Source: Camelus ferus
Lineage: Eukaryota
Direction: 5' to 3'
NCBI RefSeq assembly: GCF_009834535.1
Contig: NC_045706.1
Span: 7,812,001 to 7,876,000 of the forward strand
Length of the DNA stretch: 64,000 nt
The notes beneath the pieces were generated by a model. The model was not told the origin of the DNA and made no database searches. It saw only the letters and a list, made by a program, of their open reading frames with translations. A program made the position numbers and the translations under genes. This document shows positions 24,266-36,519 of the stretch, piece by piece. Position 1 is the first letter of the stretch. The number at the start of each line of letters is the position of its first letter.

Positions 24266-24780
24266 TTGATTATTAATAGTAACTTAATTTGTAATAACTC
24301 AGAACTAGAAACCACCCAAATGTCCATCAATATTTGAAAGGATAAACAAATTGTAGTTTATCTGTGTAAGGAAATACTACTCTGCAATGAATAGGATTCA
24401 ACTACTGATACACAAAACAACATAGATGGTTCTCAAAATAACAATGCTAAGCAAAAAAGCCAGAAAGCACACAAATAAGAGTTCATACTGTATAATTCCG
24501 ATTAAAATTCTGAAAAAGGAAAACTAATCTATAGTGACAGAAAACAGATATGTTGTTGCCTGAAAATGAGAGGGGTTGGAGTGGGGATGGAGGAAGAAAT
24601 CGGAAAAGGTCCCAAGGTAAACTCTGGAGGTGGTTAAATGTATTCAATATCTTCCTTGTGGCCACAGTTTCACAAATGTATACCCACATCACACCTTATC
24701 ATATGGTATATTTTAAATCTGCACAGGTTTTTGTTTATCAATTATTCTTTAATAAGGCTTTTTTAAGAAAAAGTCTGCAA

Positions 24781-25770
24781 AATATGTACAAGAAGGAGCA
24801 TAAAATAGGTTTCGGTCTGGATATTGATAATTTTTATCTACAGGTATATTTTACCATGTGTTCTGTTAAGAATTTTAAGATATTCCCCAGGAACTGGATA
24901 TTTTTGTAGTTTCCTTTTGATTTCCTTTGACAAGTAACACTGCAGGATGCACGCTTCTGACCACAGAGCTTTCCTTTCGCATCCCATATTACTTCCTTGG
25001 GCTACATTCCCAGAGGTGGAACTACTGATTTAATGGATATGAACATTTTATTCATTGCTAAATTGCTTTCCAAAAGAAAAGGTTAGGCCAATTTATACCA
25101 GGTATAAGAGTTTCTATGTCTCTGCGCTAGTTCCAAGCTCAGAATCCTCATTTTTAAATGTTAATTTGATAAGTTAAAACGTATTTCTTTGATATTTTAG
25201 TTTTTCTTTATTTGACTTTTTAAAGTAAATTAAAATGTCTTTTTCAAGTACATGCTATTCATTTGCGTTTGGGAGTAGGAATCTTTCCTTTTTTCTTTGG
25301 CCAATGATCTGTTAAGATCATGGTAATTCCTTTCCAACTTGAATAAATTTCTAACATATTAAATAGATTCATCTTTTTTCATATTTTGTGAATACTTTTC
25401 TTACATAGTCTGGGCTTGGGAGTGTTGGGGGGTTTTTTGTTTCATTTTTGGGGGTTTGGGGGGGGGTTTGACATACAGAAATTTTACTTTTTTGTGGTCA
25501 AATCTCTCAATCTGTCCCCCTTCTATCCTTCATTAATTTGAAACTTGGAAATATCTCCCCACTTTAAAATTGTGATAAATACTTGCTGCAATTCTAGTCC
25601 CCCCCACCTTTTTTTTGTAAAAAAGAAAAAAAAAAAGGTTGAACTCTTTAATCCTTGTGGAATTTATGCAGGCGTATAATGTGTGTAGGTTTCACATTTC
25701 TGTTTTTCCCCTCAAATAGTAAACCAGCTGTTCAAACACTATTACTATATAATTCCTAAGAAAAGGGAAG
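24781..25770 (-). mobile_element. Ancient L1ME fragment (right half)
   Basis: ttccttgggctacattcccagaggtggaactactg...ctaaattgctttccaaaag...gccaatttatacc; degenerate reverse-strand ORF2 end. Confidence 0.65.
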
Positions 25771-26149
25771 CTTGGGTGATGTCAGGGGCAGCAGAGGTAA
25801 GAGCAGGGCATGGCGGGATGTCAGGAGTAGAAGACTGTCCGAGTCACTGCCGCTCCGTCACCAGACCCAAGGGGAGAGGGGTAGAAAGGATGGCTTCTAC
25901 ATGGAAGCTGCTTGCTTGAGCATCTTAAGTTTTGTTATTAGGCCTTTCCATTTGACATGTATTACAGAAAAAAAAAACTGGTGATATTTGGAAAAAGAAA
26001 GTGATAAAAATGCAGCATAAGGAAGAAATGGACATTTTTGGTGGGTTTGGTTCAACAGGGTATCAAGTTCACTGGCGAGAATGTTAGGTTACTCCCCAAG
26101 ACCTCACGTCTTAGTCAAGGTGCCGGCAGGAGTTCAAGGTCCACTGTTA

Positions 26150-26505
26150 ACTCTGCAAGTTCAATGGCACAGAACAGAAAAGCCCAGAACAAGTTTATTT
26201 GTCTCATATGAAGTAAATCAGAGGTGGGGGGAGGTCCCAGGGTGTGGCCAAGGGCAGCTCAGTAAAGCCAGCAGAGCCCAGGTTCCTTCCGAGCCTCCTC
26301 TCCGGCATTCCGAGGAGACCGAGAGTCCTTCTGCTCCGAGATGGTTTCTGGAGCTCAGTGTTTCAGGCAGCAGGAGGGAGGAAGATTGAAAAAACAAACA
26401 AAGGCAGACCCCCTCCCTTTTAAGGAGATTTCCTAGAAATCTTAGGTCTTATGGCCAGAATTTGTTGCATGTCCTCACAGGCAAGGGAGGCTGGAACACT
26501 CTTCC
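26150..26505 (-). mobile_element. MLT1 (J/K-like) solo LTR
   Basis: agtttatttgtctcatatgaagtaaatcagaggt...ttttaaggagatttcctagaa...atggccagaattt...caagggaggctggaa. Confidence 0.75.
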
Positions 26506-27639
26506 TGGTGGATCTTGGGATGTTCCCAACAGCTGCCTCTACACTTCCAACATCAGGCAAATCGTTCAGTCCCCCTGGGCCTCAAATTTCACTGTTTATA
26601 AAATGAGCAAGTTATATCAGCTGACCTCCAAGGGCCTTGCTAGCCAAGGATCCCTTTACCCTGTGGTAGGTTCTTAGGGAGCAGGTTGTACCTTCCAAGA
26701 TGTTTGTATTTCCCTCACCGACTCCCCACCCTCCTCTCACCAACCCCCAAGTAAAACAGTTCTCTCGCTAACATCTCAGGGTCTCGGTTTCTTCAGGTAT
26801 AAAATAAGACAGTTATACCTGCCTGTCCAGTTGCTCGGAGGACAAGGTCAAGTGATGCACGTGACTCACCTAACAGGTAACAAGAGGGGAGACAAAGGTG
26901 CAGAATAAAGAAAGACACCTCTGTCTGTTCTCCTGGGCAGACGGACTTTCCCATTGAGCCCAACCACCGTTTCAGCCGGCCAAGCTGAACCTACTAAAAA
27001 AAAAATTGAAATACTTCCACAGATGTTGAAGTAAATCCTTCTTCTAAGATTCTGAAAGTGTGGCTTATTTCTTCCCAAACTCAAATCCTGGAAGGACAAA
27101 TAATACTTAGGTTTCAAAAACCAGATGTTCCCTCATCCACACATGCACCAAATGCCCTGTGTGCCTTGTCTTTCAGACTTTTTCTCTGGGAGATCCTTCT
27201 TCAAACAAAAATATAAAAGAGAGATGAGGAGAATGTGGCAGTGCTGGAGTGTTGGGGTGCACACTCTCCACCGCTTCTTCTGACTAGTAGAAGAGAGACC
27301 CAGGTTACCAACTGCCATCCAAGTGCCCTTATTCTCAATGGCACCGATAGTGGCCCACGCACTCCCCAGGCTGGATGCAGGGATGTGGCCGGACAGTCAG
27401 GACAACAAGACTGGCCGGCCCAGCCTCCTCAGCCAGACTGATGGACGAAGCTAAGGGGAGAGGTCCCTTTCAGAAGGCCTTTCCTAGTCTCTGACACGTG
27501 CCCCAAATGCCCAAGGAGCTAAGAGAGACCAAAAGAACAGGAGGCAGAAAAAGCCAGAGGCTGCCCACTGCCTGGAATGGACACTCACTGAGCCTGAGAC
27601 CAGACTCACTGGGTCTGAGTCATCCTTAACACACCTCAC

Positions 27640-28340
27640 CCCTAAACCAGCCACATTCAGTCCCTAATCAAGGCCTATCTACTGCTCTTCGTAAATAGCT
27701 CTCCAATCTGCCATTTCTCTCACCTGCCTTGCCCTCTAGGCTACCATCTCTGGTCATCAGGACCTTGGCAATAGTCTCTCATTTGTCCGCCACCCCCCTC
27801 CTGCCTCTTCCGTCTGGAGTCCACTCTGCAGTGAAAGCAATCTTTTAAAACTGGAAATCTAATTGTGTCATTGCCTGGTTTAAAACCTGCAACGGCTTCC
27901 CATTTTTCTGAGGAGAAAGACCAAACCCCAGCACCTGTCTGTCCTACCTCCTCTCCCACCAACTTCTCCTCTGCATTCCTCTCTCCCTGGCCTTCTCGCA
28001 GTCCCTCACATGCATCTCTCTGGCCCAGGACCTTTGCACAGCCCATTCCCTTACCTGGAATGCTCTTTTCTCCCTCTTTGCCAAGTTACATCCCACTCAG
28101 TCTCCAAACTTCAGTTCAATGTCTGCTCTGCAGGGCAGCCTCCTATGGCCCCATGGCTGGGACCAGCTCCCCTCTCCTCTGCGATGATTAGGGCTGATTT
28201 GAATGCTTACTTAATGTCTCTCTGTCTAAGTCCCATGAGGGCAGGCATCATGTCTTTTTATTTTCTGCCCATCATGCTATTCCAAGCCTCTAGCACATTG
28301 GGTCATACAAGTAGATGTGCAAATAACACTTGCTGGAAAA
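27640..28340 (+). mobile_element. L2 LINE 3' region
   Basis: gcaatcttttaaaactggaaatctaattgtgtcattgcc...caggacctttgcacagcc...cccatgagggcagg...gtagatgtgcaaataacacttgctg. Confidence 0.85.
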
Positions 28341-28519
28341 AAATACACAAAACTGAGATAAATATCCACCACATAGCACAGCAGGAACCTCCACGTGAGA
28401 TACTACTTTGCTTAAGCACAGGGCTTCTTTAGTAAACTGAGAGCCCATTGGTCGGGGCCAGTCTTGTTCATCTTGCTATGCTCGAGCCTTGGTGGGACCT
28501 GGTGTTCAAACTTGGAGAT

Positions 28520-28710
28520 CAAACCAATATATATAAAATAGATAAACAAGTTCATATTGTGTAGCACAGAGAACTATATTCGATATCTTATAGTAACTTA
28601 TGGTGAAAAAGAATATGAAAACTAATACATGTATGTTCATGTGAGACTGAAGCATTGTGCTGTACACCAGAAATTGACACAATGTTGTAAACTGACTATA
28701 CTTCAGTTAA

Positions 28711-28770
<60 letters not shown>
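28520..28770 (+). mobile_element. 5'-truncated cetartiodactyl-type L1 3' end with microsatellite tail
   Basis: atatataaaatagataaacaag...gtagcacagagaactatattcgatatc...tgctgtacaccagaaattgacacaatgttgtaaactgactatacttcag. Perfect 11-bp TSD AACTTGGAGAT at 28509-28519 and 28771-28781. Confidence 0.9.
28710..28770. repeat. Compound (TA)n(GA)n microsatellite
   Basis: Direct reading. Confidence 0.97.
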
Positions 28771-28773
<3 letters not shown>

Positions 28774-29036
28774 TTGGAGATTGAATGTTGTATGTGCAAA
28801 TGCTCCCATCATACAAATATAAGTGCTTAAAACTGTGTCCAGGTAAACTTGAAGTGAAAATCTGGGTGCATAGGGAAAACTTTGGAATGACAGACCTGTT
28901 GGAAGCCCTGCCCCTGCCACTTAGCAGCTGTGTGACCGTGCGAGAGGTGCTGTACCTCTCTGAGCCCCACTGAAATTGAGGAGCTGGAAGCAGACTCCTA
29001 AACGTTCCTTATTGCTAATGGACCAGAGAAGCCAAT

Positions 29037-29085
29037 CCCTGTGTCCCTATGTCCCTGTGTCCCTGTGTCCCTGTGTCCCTGTGTC
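29037..29085. repeat. (CCCTGTGT)n tandem repeat, about 6 units
   Basis: ccctgtgtccctatgtccctgtgtccctgtgtccctgtgtccctgtgt. Confidence 0.9.
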
Positions 29086-29639
29086 TCGTGTCTGAATCAA
29101 ATTTCTCCAGTCTGATTTCCCTTCCTGAGGCTCCATCCCCACAGTAACGTCCAAATTGAAACAGACACGTCTGGATTCTTCTTGAACTACAGACTCAGCC
29201 CTCTGAGGAGCCTGGTCTGGGAGGCAGGAGGGGGCAGCCCACTGTCACATCTCCTGCAAGACCCAGGGTCCCCTCCCTGATGGGCCGCTTGCCTGCAATA
29301 CCATCCCAGGTTCTGTGCCGGCAGCTCCACGGCAGAACAGACCGGGTTCCAGCTGGTAGCCGGTAAACTGGATTCTCGCTCTGCATTTGCTGAGCCTCTT
29401 ATCACAAGGGGATGCTGATTTCCTTCTCTCTGCCGCCCCAAACCCGAGAGGACAAAGGGGCACACAGGCAGCTGGAGGGACCCAGGTCCACGTGGGCATC
29501 AAGACATTTTACAATGAAAGGTGACCTCCAGCTCTGGCTGGAAGAGGCTCAAAGGACAGAATAATAAAGTCAAGAATGAATTATCACAGAAATAACCACA
29601 GCAGTCCCATTCAGTGCTCCCTGCATCGGACCCTCACAG

Positions 29640-29800
29640 GCATCATCTCTTGAACCCTTCACGACAATCGTATGATAAAAGGACTACTTGCATCCACATT
29701 TGACGGAGCAGAGAATAATCTCAAACAGTCCTGTCACCTGCCCACAGTCATGCAGCTGAACCTGGACTCAGACCCAGGAGGGCTGGTTTCGAGCAAAAGT
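29640..29800 (-). mobile_element. MIR SINE
   Basis: catccacattttgacggagcagagaa...gtcacctgcccacagtcatgcagctgaacctggactcagacccagg. Confidence 0.65.
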
Positions 29801-29844
29801 GACTTAAGTTTAGAATGTTACTGATGGCTGCGGCGTGCTGATTG

Positions 29845-30140
29845 TGCATTCATTCATTCATTCATTCGTGTCATTGTTGACAGCCTGCTCTGTGCCAGGC
29901 TCTGAGATTGGAACAGGGGAGACTGTAAATAGAACCTAAGCTTGTAGTCTAGTGGGGGAAACAGTGACTGAGAATCACACAATTACATGAATAATCACAG
30001 ACTGAAATGTATCTGGAGGGAGAAGTTAAGGGGTCCTGGGCTACAGGGTGGGGAAAGTGTGGTTGGGGAAAATTTCTCCAGGAAAGGACTACTGGGCAAC
30101 CCAGTTTGCTCAGAGAACACCTGGTTTGAGGTTCTCCCAG
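29845..30140 (-). mobile_element. L2 LINE 3' end
   Basis: (CATT)n terminal repeat then tgttgacagcctgctctgtgccaggctctg...cttgtagtctagtggggg. Confidence 0.85.
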
Positions 30141-30879
30141 GGGAGCAGAGTAGGCAGCCGCGTTTCCGCGGCACAAAGGTGCCAGGGCTGTCCGGGCAGG
30201 AGCGGGCAGGGGCAGAGAGAGCAGGCAGAGCCAGAGAGCTGAGCCTGACAGCGCTGATTTTGCCCAAATGATAACCTGCTGAAGGAAATGATCTCCCAGG
30301 CCCCCGGACCTCTCATCTAATTGCAAACCACGCAACCTTAGCGGCAGCAAGATCTGCAGATAGCAAACACTGTCATCGCCTCTGCTGCCCTCGCTGGCGC
30401 CCGCCCCACTCTGTGCCCTGGAGCAGGAGGACGCCCGCCTGCTCAGGGCTCAGTGCCCGGGCAGGTGAACGTCAAGGGGCCGGGGAACCCTGCAGGGTAC
30501 GCGAGTCCTGTCCCCAGGGATCAATCCCCCAGGACCTCAGCAGAGGATGTGGCAGCGTTGCCTGGGGAGATGTCCCAAGTATTGAGAACCACAGAGTTAT
30601 CTAGAAAGGCCCCAAGGCTGGGGATCAAAGTGAGGCGAGTTTCAGAGAAAGCACAACACCACATTCGGGTTTCATTTTGGAAAGTAGAGATCAGTCAAAC
30701 TGAAGATGCCTCTCGTCCATCACAAGCAAACGTGGCCTTCCTGTGCTGCAGGTGGTGGACCTAACAGGAGGCAAGGCAGTGATGGGGAGGACCTGGGCTT
30801 GTGGACACAAAAAATTGGTTGTTCCTTATGCCAGGAGCCCACATTTCAACAAGGAGTCCTCCGTCTCTTCAGCACCCCC

Positions 30880-31310
30880 TTTATAACTTTTCATTTCTTA
30901 ACTACATAAGAAATATATATGTGTCTTGAAGAGAAATGAGAAAGAGATGAGTAAGAAAGAAGAAAATAGCATCTCCAGTAATTCCATTACTAGGGGAGAC
31001 TCCAATGATGCTCAGATGATGCTCAGCACGTGCACACCTCTGTTTACAAAAATGGATCCCACTTGACAAGCTGTTTTGTAGCTTGCCCTGTAAACATGTT
31101 TCATGCCATGGAATATATTTCCACAATATCATTCTCATGGCTGCGTAACCTTCTCATGAAGATCTCTGCCACAAGGTATTCATCTAATTCCCTGTTATTG
31201 GTCATCTGAGTTGTTTCCAGTATTTCTTTTTAAAAGACCCCTACAAGGAACAGCCATGAAGCTTAATGTTCGTGTGCACTCCAAGTACTTTTTGAGGAGC
31301 CCAGAAGTTC
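30880..31310 (-). mobile_element. Ancient L1ME 3' fragment
   Basis: tttacaaaaatggatccc...attcatctaattccctgttattggtcatctgagttgtttccag. Confidence 0.55.
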
Positions 31311-31322
31311 AGCTGCCAATTT

Positions 31323-32976
31323 TTTTTCCCCAAACTCCTGATTTATCCCTCCCCTCTTTTCCCCTTTGGTAACTGTAAGTTTGCTTTCTATGTCTGAGAG
31401 TCTGTTTCTATTTTGCAAATAAGTTCATTTGTGTCATTTTTTAAGATTCCACATGTAAGTAATATCATATGATATTTGTCTTTCTCTGTCTGACTTAACT
31501 TCACCTAGTGTAATAGTCTCTAGGTCCATCCATGTTGCTGCGAAAGGCATTATTTCATTCTTTTTTATAACTGAATATTACTCCATTGTATATATACACC
31601 ACATCTTTTTTATTCAGTCCTTTGTCAGTGGACATTTAGGCTGCTTCCATGTCTTGGCTATTGTAAATAGTGCTGCTCTGAACATTGGGGTGCATGTATC
31701 TTTTCAAATTAGAGTTTTCTTCAGATATGTGCCCAGGACTGGGATTTTTGGATCATATAGTAACTCCATTTTTAGTTTTCTTAAAGAATCTCCATAAATC
31801 TCCATTCTGTTCTCCATAGTGGCTGCACCAATTTACATTCCCAACAGTGAAGGAGGGTTCCCTTCTCTCCACATCCTCTCCAGCATTTATCATTTGTAGA
31901 CTTTTTGATGACGGCCATTCTAACCAGTGTGAAGTGATAACCTCATAATAGTTTTGATTAATTAGTGATGTTGATCTTTTTATGTGCCAGTTGGTTATCT
32001 GGATGTCTTCCTTGGAGAAATGTCTGTTTAGGTTTTCTGCCCATTTTCTGATCGGGTTGTTTGGTGTCTTTTGTTTGTTTGTTTGTTTATTGAGCTGTAT
32101 GAGCTGTTTGTATATTTTGGGAATTAAGCCCTTGTCGGTCAAATCATTTGCAAATATTTTCTCTCATTCTGTAGGTTGTCTTTTCATTTTGTTTATGGCT
32201 TCCTTTGCTGTGCAAACACTTGTAAGTTGAAGTAGGTCCCATTTGTTTATTTTTGCTCTATTTCTTTGGCCTTAGGGGACTGACCTAAGAAAATATTGCT
32301 ATGGTTTATATCAGAGAATGGTTTGCCTATGTTCTCTTCTTGGAGTTTCATGGTGTCATGTCCTATATTTAAGTCTTTAAGCCATTCTGAGTTTATTTTT
32401 GTGTATGGTGTGAGGGAGTGTTCTAACTCCATTAGTTTACATGCAGCTGTGCAGGTTTCCCAGCACCACTTGCTGGAGTGCCTGTCTATTCTCCATTGTA
32501 TATTGTTGACTCCTTTGCCAAAGATTAATTGACCATAGGTGTGGGGATTTATTTCTGGGCTCTCTATTCTGTTCCATTGATCCATATGTCTGTTTTTGTG
32601 CCAATACTGCACTGTTTTGATTCCTGTAGCTTTGTAGCATTATCTGAAGTCTGGAAAGGTTGTGCCTCTAGCTTTGCTCTTGTTCCTCGGGATTGCTTTG
32701 GCAATTCTGGGTCATCTGTGATTCCATATAAATTTTAAGATTATTTGTTCTAGTTCTGTGAAAAATGTCCTGAATAATTTGATAGGGATCACATCAAATC
32801 TGTAGACTGCTTTAGGCAGTATGGCCATATGAACAATATCAATTCTTCCAATCCAAGAGCATGGGTTATCTTTCCATTTCTTTGAGTCATCCTCAATTTT
32901 TTCTACCAATGTTTTACAGTTCTCAGCATGTAAGCCTTTCACCTCCTTGGTCAGGTTTAAGCCTAAGTATTTTATT
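31323..32976 (-). mobile_element. 5'-truncated L1 (cetartiodactyl L1 lineage): ORF2 C-terminal third plus shortened 3'UTR
   Basis: Minus-strand ORFs 32712-32942, 32247-32612 (WYWHK-like [30 protein letters not shown]) and 31753-32142 ([20 protein letters not shown]) are L1 ORF2. Perfect 12-bp TSD AGCTGCCAATTT at 31311-31322 and 32977-32988. Confidence 0.95.
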
Positions 32977-34634
32977 AGCTGCCAATTTCATTCATTGATG
33001 ATTAACAGGGAGCTGGAATAAGAAAAGAACAGGGAGCCATGCCGTCTACATTTAGAATCACAGTTGGGGGTCTGTAATCGAGTATTTGGGGGAGGTTGGT
33101 TCAAATAGACAACTTTCTTTCTTTTGGAGCTATTGTTAACTCTCAAGAGAAGTTCAGTAAAGAACAACAAAAGTGTTGTTTTGAGGGGAGTTTAGCTCTT
33201 CCTGGGTAAATGCCAGTACTATTTCCCTATCAGAGAACCACCCTGAATTGGCAGTTTCCACCTCCATAAAAACTGCGGAATGTCAGTCCAGCGGGCTGGG
33301 AGGGAGAAACTGCAGAACAGGCTGCTGATGCTCAGGTCCTGTTCAGGCTGGGCGTGGACCCCAGATACCGTCAACTTCGGCCCCCAGAAAATCAGAGCTA
33401 ACAATGGAATCGTTTTCATTTGCAGAAAGTCCTCATTGGTCCTTTTGCCTTGGGTGGGGCCAGAAACTGTGAAGTGTCTCCAGAAGGATCCGGAGTCTTT
33501 GTTTAATTATTGACAGTGGTTAATGGACTTCTCTTTACGCTGGAAGGCTGGTATCACACGAGCAGCCCTGCCTGAGCTCCCCGGAGTCTCTGAGAAGTTA
33601 GACAGAAGGAGAAGAGTTCACGTTTCTAAATGTCGGGGGCAGAGAGAGAAAGGGGGAAGGAGGCTGTGCCCTGAAAGAGAGCAAGGGAATTGTCCAGAAA
33701 CTCATAAGTGACGAAGCGAGTAGAATTCGGGGCTGGAGGAGCCCCGGCAGGCTTTGAACTCTGCCCTAGTTCCACAGGTCATATAGACTCTTTGCTTTGA
33801 CCACCTACGTGAGGCCAGTCACCCCCACCAGTCCTGGCCTTGCAAATGGGACCTGTGGTTGAGCTAATGGGATTTCTAAGGCTTTCTGTGGATTCTCTAG
33901 TTCTCTTTGAGAAGCTGCACTTGCCTCTTTGATACTCTGCTGTGTATGATTCTCTCAAGAAAATAAAAAGGTCACAAGTCAGGATACAGTGAGGCAGGAA
34001 GAAAGGGGCTGGGTTTCCAGGAGCGCCCGCGGAGTGGGGGCATTCAGGGTGAGCGCGGAATAAGACGGCGCCCGCCGGCGCCCAGGCTCCAGAGGCAAAG
34101 CAAAGCTTGCTGTTTCGAACCCGTGAGGCCTCCCCTGAATCTCCGTTCGGCCCAGGTCTCAGAGGAAGTGGCCAAATATCCTGAGAGAAATGGCTTTGCT
34201 TGTAACTGGCCCAGCCCAGCTCCTGGCTCCCGGCTACAGTGGGCACCGGCAGGCTCCTTCCTCCTCCTCCTCCTCCTCCAGGAACAAGCCACTTATTCCT
34301 CCAGCCTCTCATCTGAGACCCTCTCCTGCCTTTGCCCTCTGCCAAGGGAGCTGCCCTGGGACAGTCCCCGTCCAGGGAGGGGCTGATCAGGTGGCACAAG
34401 ACCCAGCCCCCCTGCTTCAGTTCAGGGCGACCCCTAGGGCTGCCCGGGCTCCAGAGCGCCCATCATGGGCGAGCTCTCTGCTGCTCCACCCCCCACGTCT
34501 AAGTCTCCCCCCGCCCCTCTGCCTCCCTCCCCACCTCACAGGTGCTGCTCCCAAGGGCACTCCCCGTGAACGTCCATCTGAGTCTCCTTCCCAGGAACTC
34601 AGCTAAGAGTCTCGCTCATAATTTTTTTTAATGC

Positions 34635-34810
34635 CATTTATTGAACCCACGGCTTGTCATGCCTGTAAACCATCTCAATCACCGACCCTTACAAGGCAGG
34701 TGTTAATGTGCTCTGTTTACAAGTGGGGAAAAGCCCTGGAGAAGCTGGAGGTTAAATCATTTCACCAAGGTCACAGAGGCTGTCAGGATTTGAATCCAGG
34801 CCAACTCTAA
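34635..34810 (-). mobile_element. MIR SINE
   Basis: gtttacaagtggggaaaagccc...ggttaaatcatttcaccaaggtcacag...ggatttgaatccagg. Confidence 0.8.
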
Positions 34811-35110
34811 GACTTGGCCTTCTAATGCATCGTGCTCTTCAAAGCCCTGCCCAAAGGCTTCCAGGACGCCCTCCACGATTTCCTTGATGATCTTCTCATT
34901 CTCTGTCTCTCTCTCTCTGCACATCTCCTTGTTTGTGCCTCTTTATGGATTTGAGTTCTACGCTCCATATGAACTAGGGGTCCAAGGTGCTCACCGGCTC
35001 CACGAGGGAGGGCCTGTGTCATACACGCTGTGGGGTCAACTGTCCCGCCTGTCATGTCTGGCACATAACAGACACGCAGGAACTGGCTAATATATTAAGA
35101 TGATTGTCTT

Positions 35111-35131
35111 CACACACACACACACACACAC
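35111..35131. repeat. (CA)n microsatellite
   Basis: Direct reading. Confidence 0.95.
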
Positions 35132-35569
35132 AAACTCATCTCCTCAGAGGTTCTGGGCTACGTGGTTTATGAAAATAAATGCCTGCTCAGGGGTCTGCAT
35201 GGTATATTTCATCGTCAGCAGCACACATAACAATGTGGTCCCCAAAGACACTCACAAACCCTGGATTCAGTTTTGAGATTATAAAAGAGACTTCTAGAAA
35301 CAAGCACCTTTGTTCAGGCTTTGACTGTGGCACAACTTCTGAAGACATGTGTAGACAAATCCTAGGACATTAAACTCTGAAGTGGAGCTCAGTCCTGAAG
35401 GCCCAAAGCAATCACTGCCTAAAAGGATAAAAAATCTCTCTCTCCCCTGCCTCTGGCACCAGAGGGCCAGATCACAGCTGATTACCTGGCTGGACCACCG
35501 ATCTCCAGCTAGTTTCCCATGACCCATGTTTCTCTTTCTGGAAAGCCATCATCCCTGCCATCTTCCTCA

Positions 35570-35765
35570 CTGACCGAGCCTTTGCAGAGTGCCAGGCATT
35601 GAGCTAAGCATCGTTGGAGCGTTATATCATTTGTCCTCCCAAAAGCCTTCTAAAGGAGGTACCATTGTTATTCCCATTTAAGGATAGAGACAGGACCAGC
35701 AAATTGCCCTAAGTGACATCACTTGGAAAGTGGCAGAACTGGCACTCAAAGCCAGGCCTACAACC
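35570..35765 (-). mobile_element. MIR SINE
   Basis: gtgccaggcattgagctaagca...ggaggtaccattgttattcccatttaagg...agtggcagaactggcactcaaagccagg. Confidence 0.8.
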
Positions 35766-36519
35766 AGAGCCAAGAACGAAACTGGCTCCCTGACGTGGCA
35801 GAAGCACAGAAGTCCCTAACATATGAGCTGGATTCTCCCTCACCCCAGAGTTGCCAAGAGACAGATGAACATGTATTCTGCTATCTAATTCCTTAAGTCT
35901 GTTGGGAGACAATTCTACGACGTTCCCTGTGCTTCTGCTGGTCTTGAGAGTAGAGAACCCTCAGTACATTTGTCCTGGACTATCTTCTCAGGGATGTTTG
36001 AATTGAAAACAGCCTTGGGAGACAGAGATAGGGTCTCCCTCCAGGGCAAAGAGCAGGTTGTTACCTGGCCAGCATAATCAAATGACGTCTGCCTTTGGGC
36101 CCAGATCTAGCAGCCTTGCTCCTCAGTGGACGAGCTCCACGTACCCTGGGTCTGGTTCTGCTCCTCTCTTGTGCTCGCTGCCCACGTGGGCCACCGCCTG
36201 GCCCACCTCACAGCGCCCTGTGGGAGCTGGGTCTCAAAGAACAGGTGCTCCTGCTGCTTCTCTGAGTAATGAGCTCTCCTTGGTTTCTGGGAGTCTTGTG
36301 TCTTCTCTCAGCATCCATGGAATTGCAGGAGACGAACTTGTTAACTTACAAGTAGGATAAAAACTCAGACCCTCCACAGTTCTTGATAATTTCCTTCACT
36401 CTAGAGCAGCAGAAACCCCTCTGGGCTGGGAGTTCTAGGAAGGTCTTCCTGGGAGGTGGGACCAGTGGGAATGACAGCTGTGAGCTCATTGCTTCCAACA
36501 CTTTCTCCACCGCTATCCT

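Larger units (their letters stand above)
21310..24767 (+). mobile_element. Old L1 (L1MC/L1MD-like): ORF1 remnant, endonuclease remnant, internal deletion of RT, ORF2 C-terminus and 3'UTR
   Basis: ORF 21370-21576 EKIFGVIMSKYFPSLIKTMNPHMYEVQ is L1 ORF1-like. The endonuclease start lies near 22550 (atcagtaattacattaag...catgctgcctacaagaa). ORF 23793-24044 NKHMKRCSTSLVFRKIQIK is the ORF2 C-terminus. The 3'UTR contains aactaatctatagtgacagaaa. 13-bp TSD AAAAA[C/G]TCTGCAA at 21297-21309 and 24768-24780. Confidence 0.9.

Noticed and set aside
24825-24850. Other AG|GT junctions (ctacag|gtatat at 24843; ttcag|gtataa at about 26796)
   Set aside because: They lie inside decayed L1ME and MIR copies, with short pyrimidine tracts and weak donors.
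33779-34399. 206-aa minus-strand ORF with poly-Gly
   Set aside because: The poly-Gly comes from a (CCT)n tract, the C-terminal part overlaps a MIR-like sequence, and no homology or splice context was recognised.
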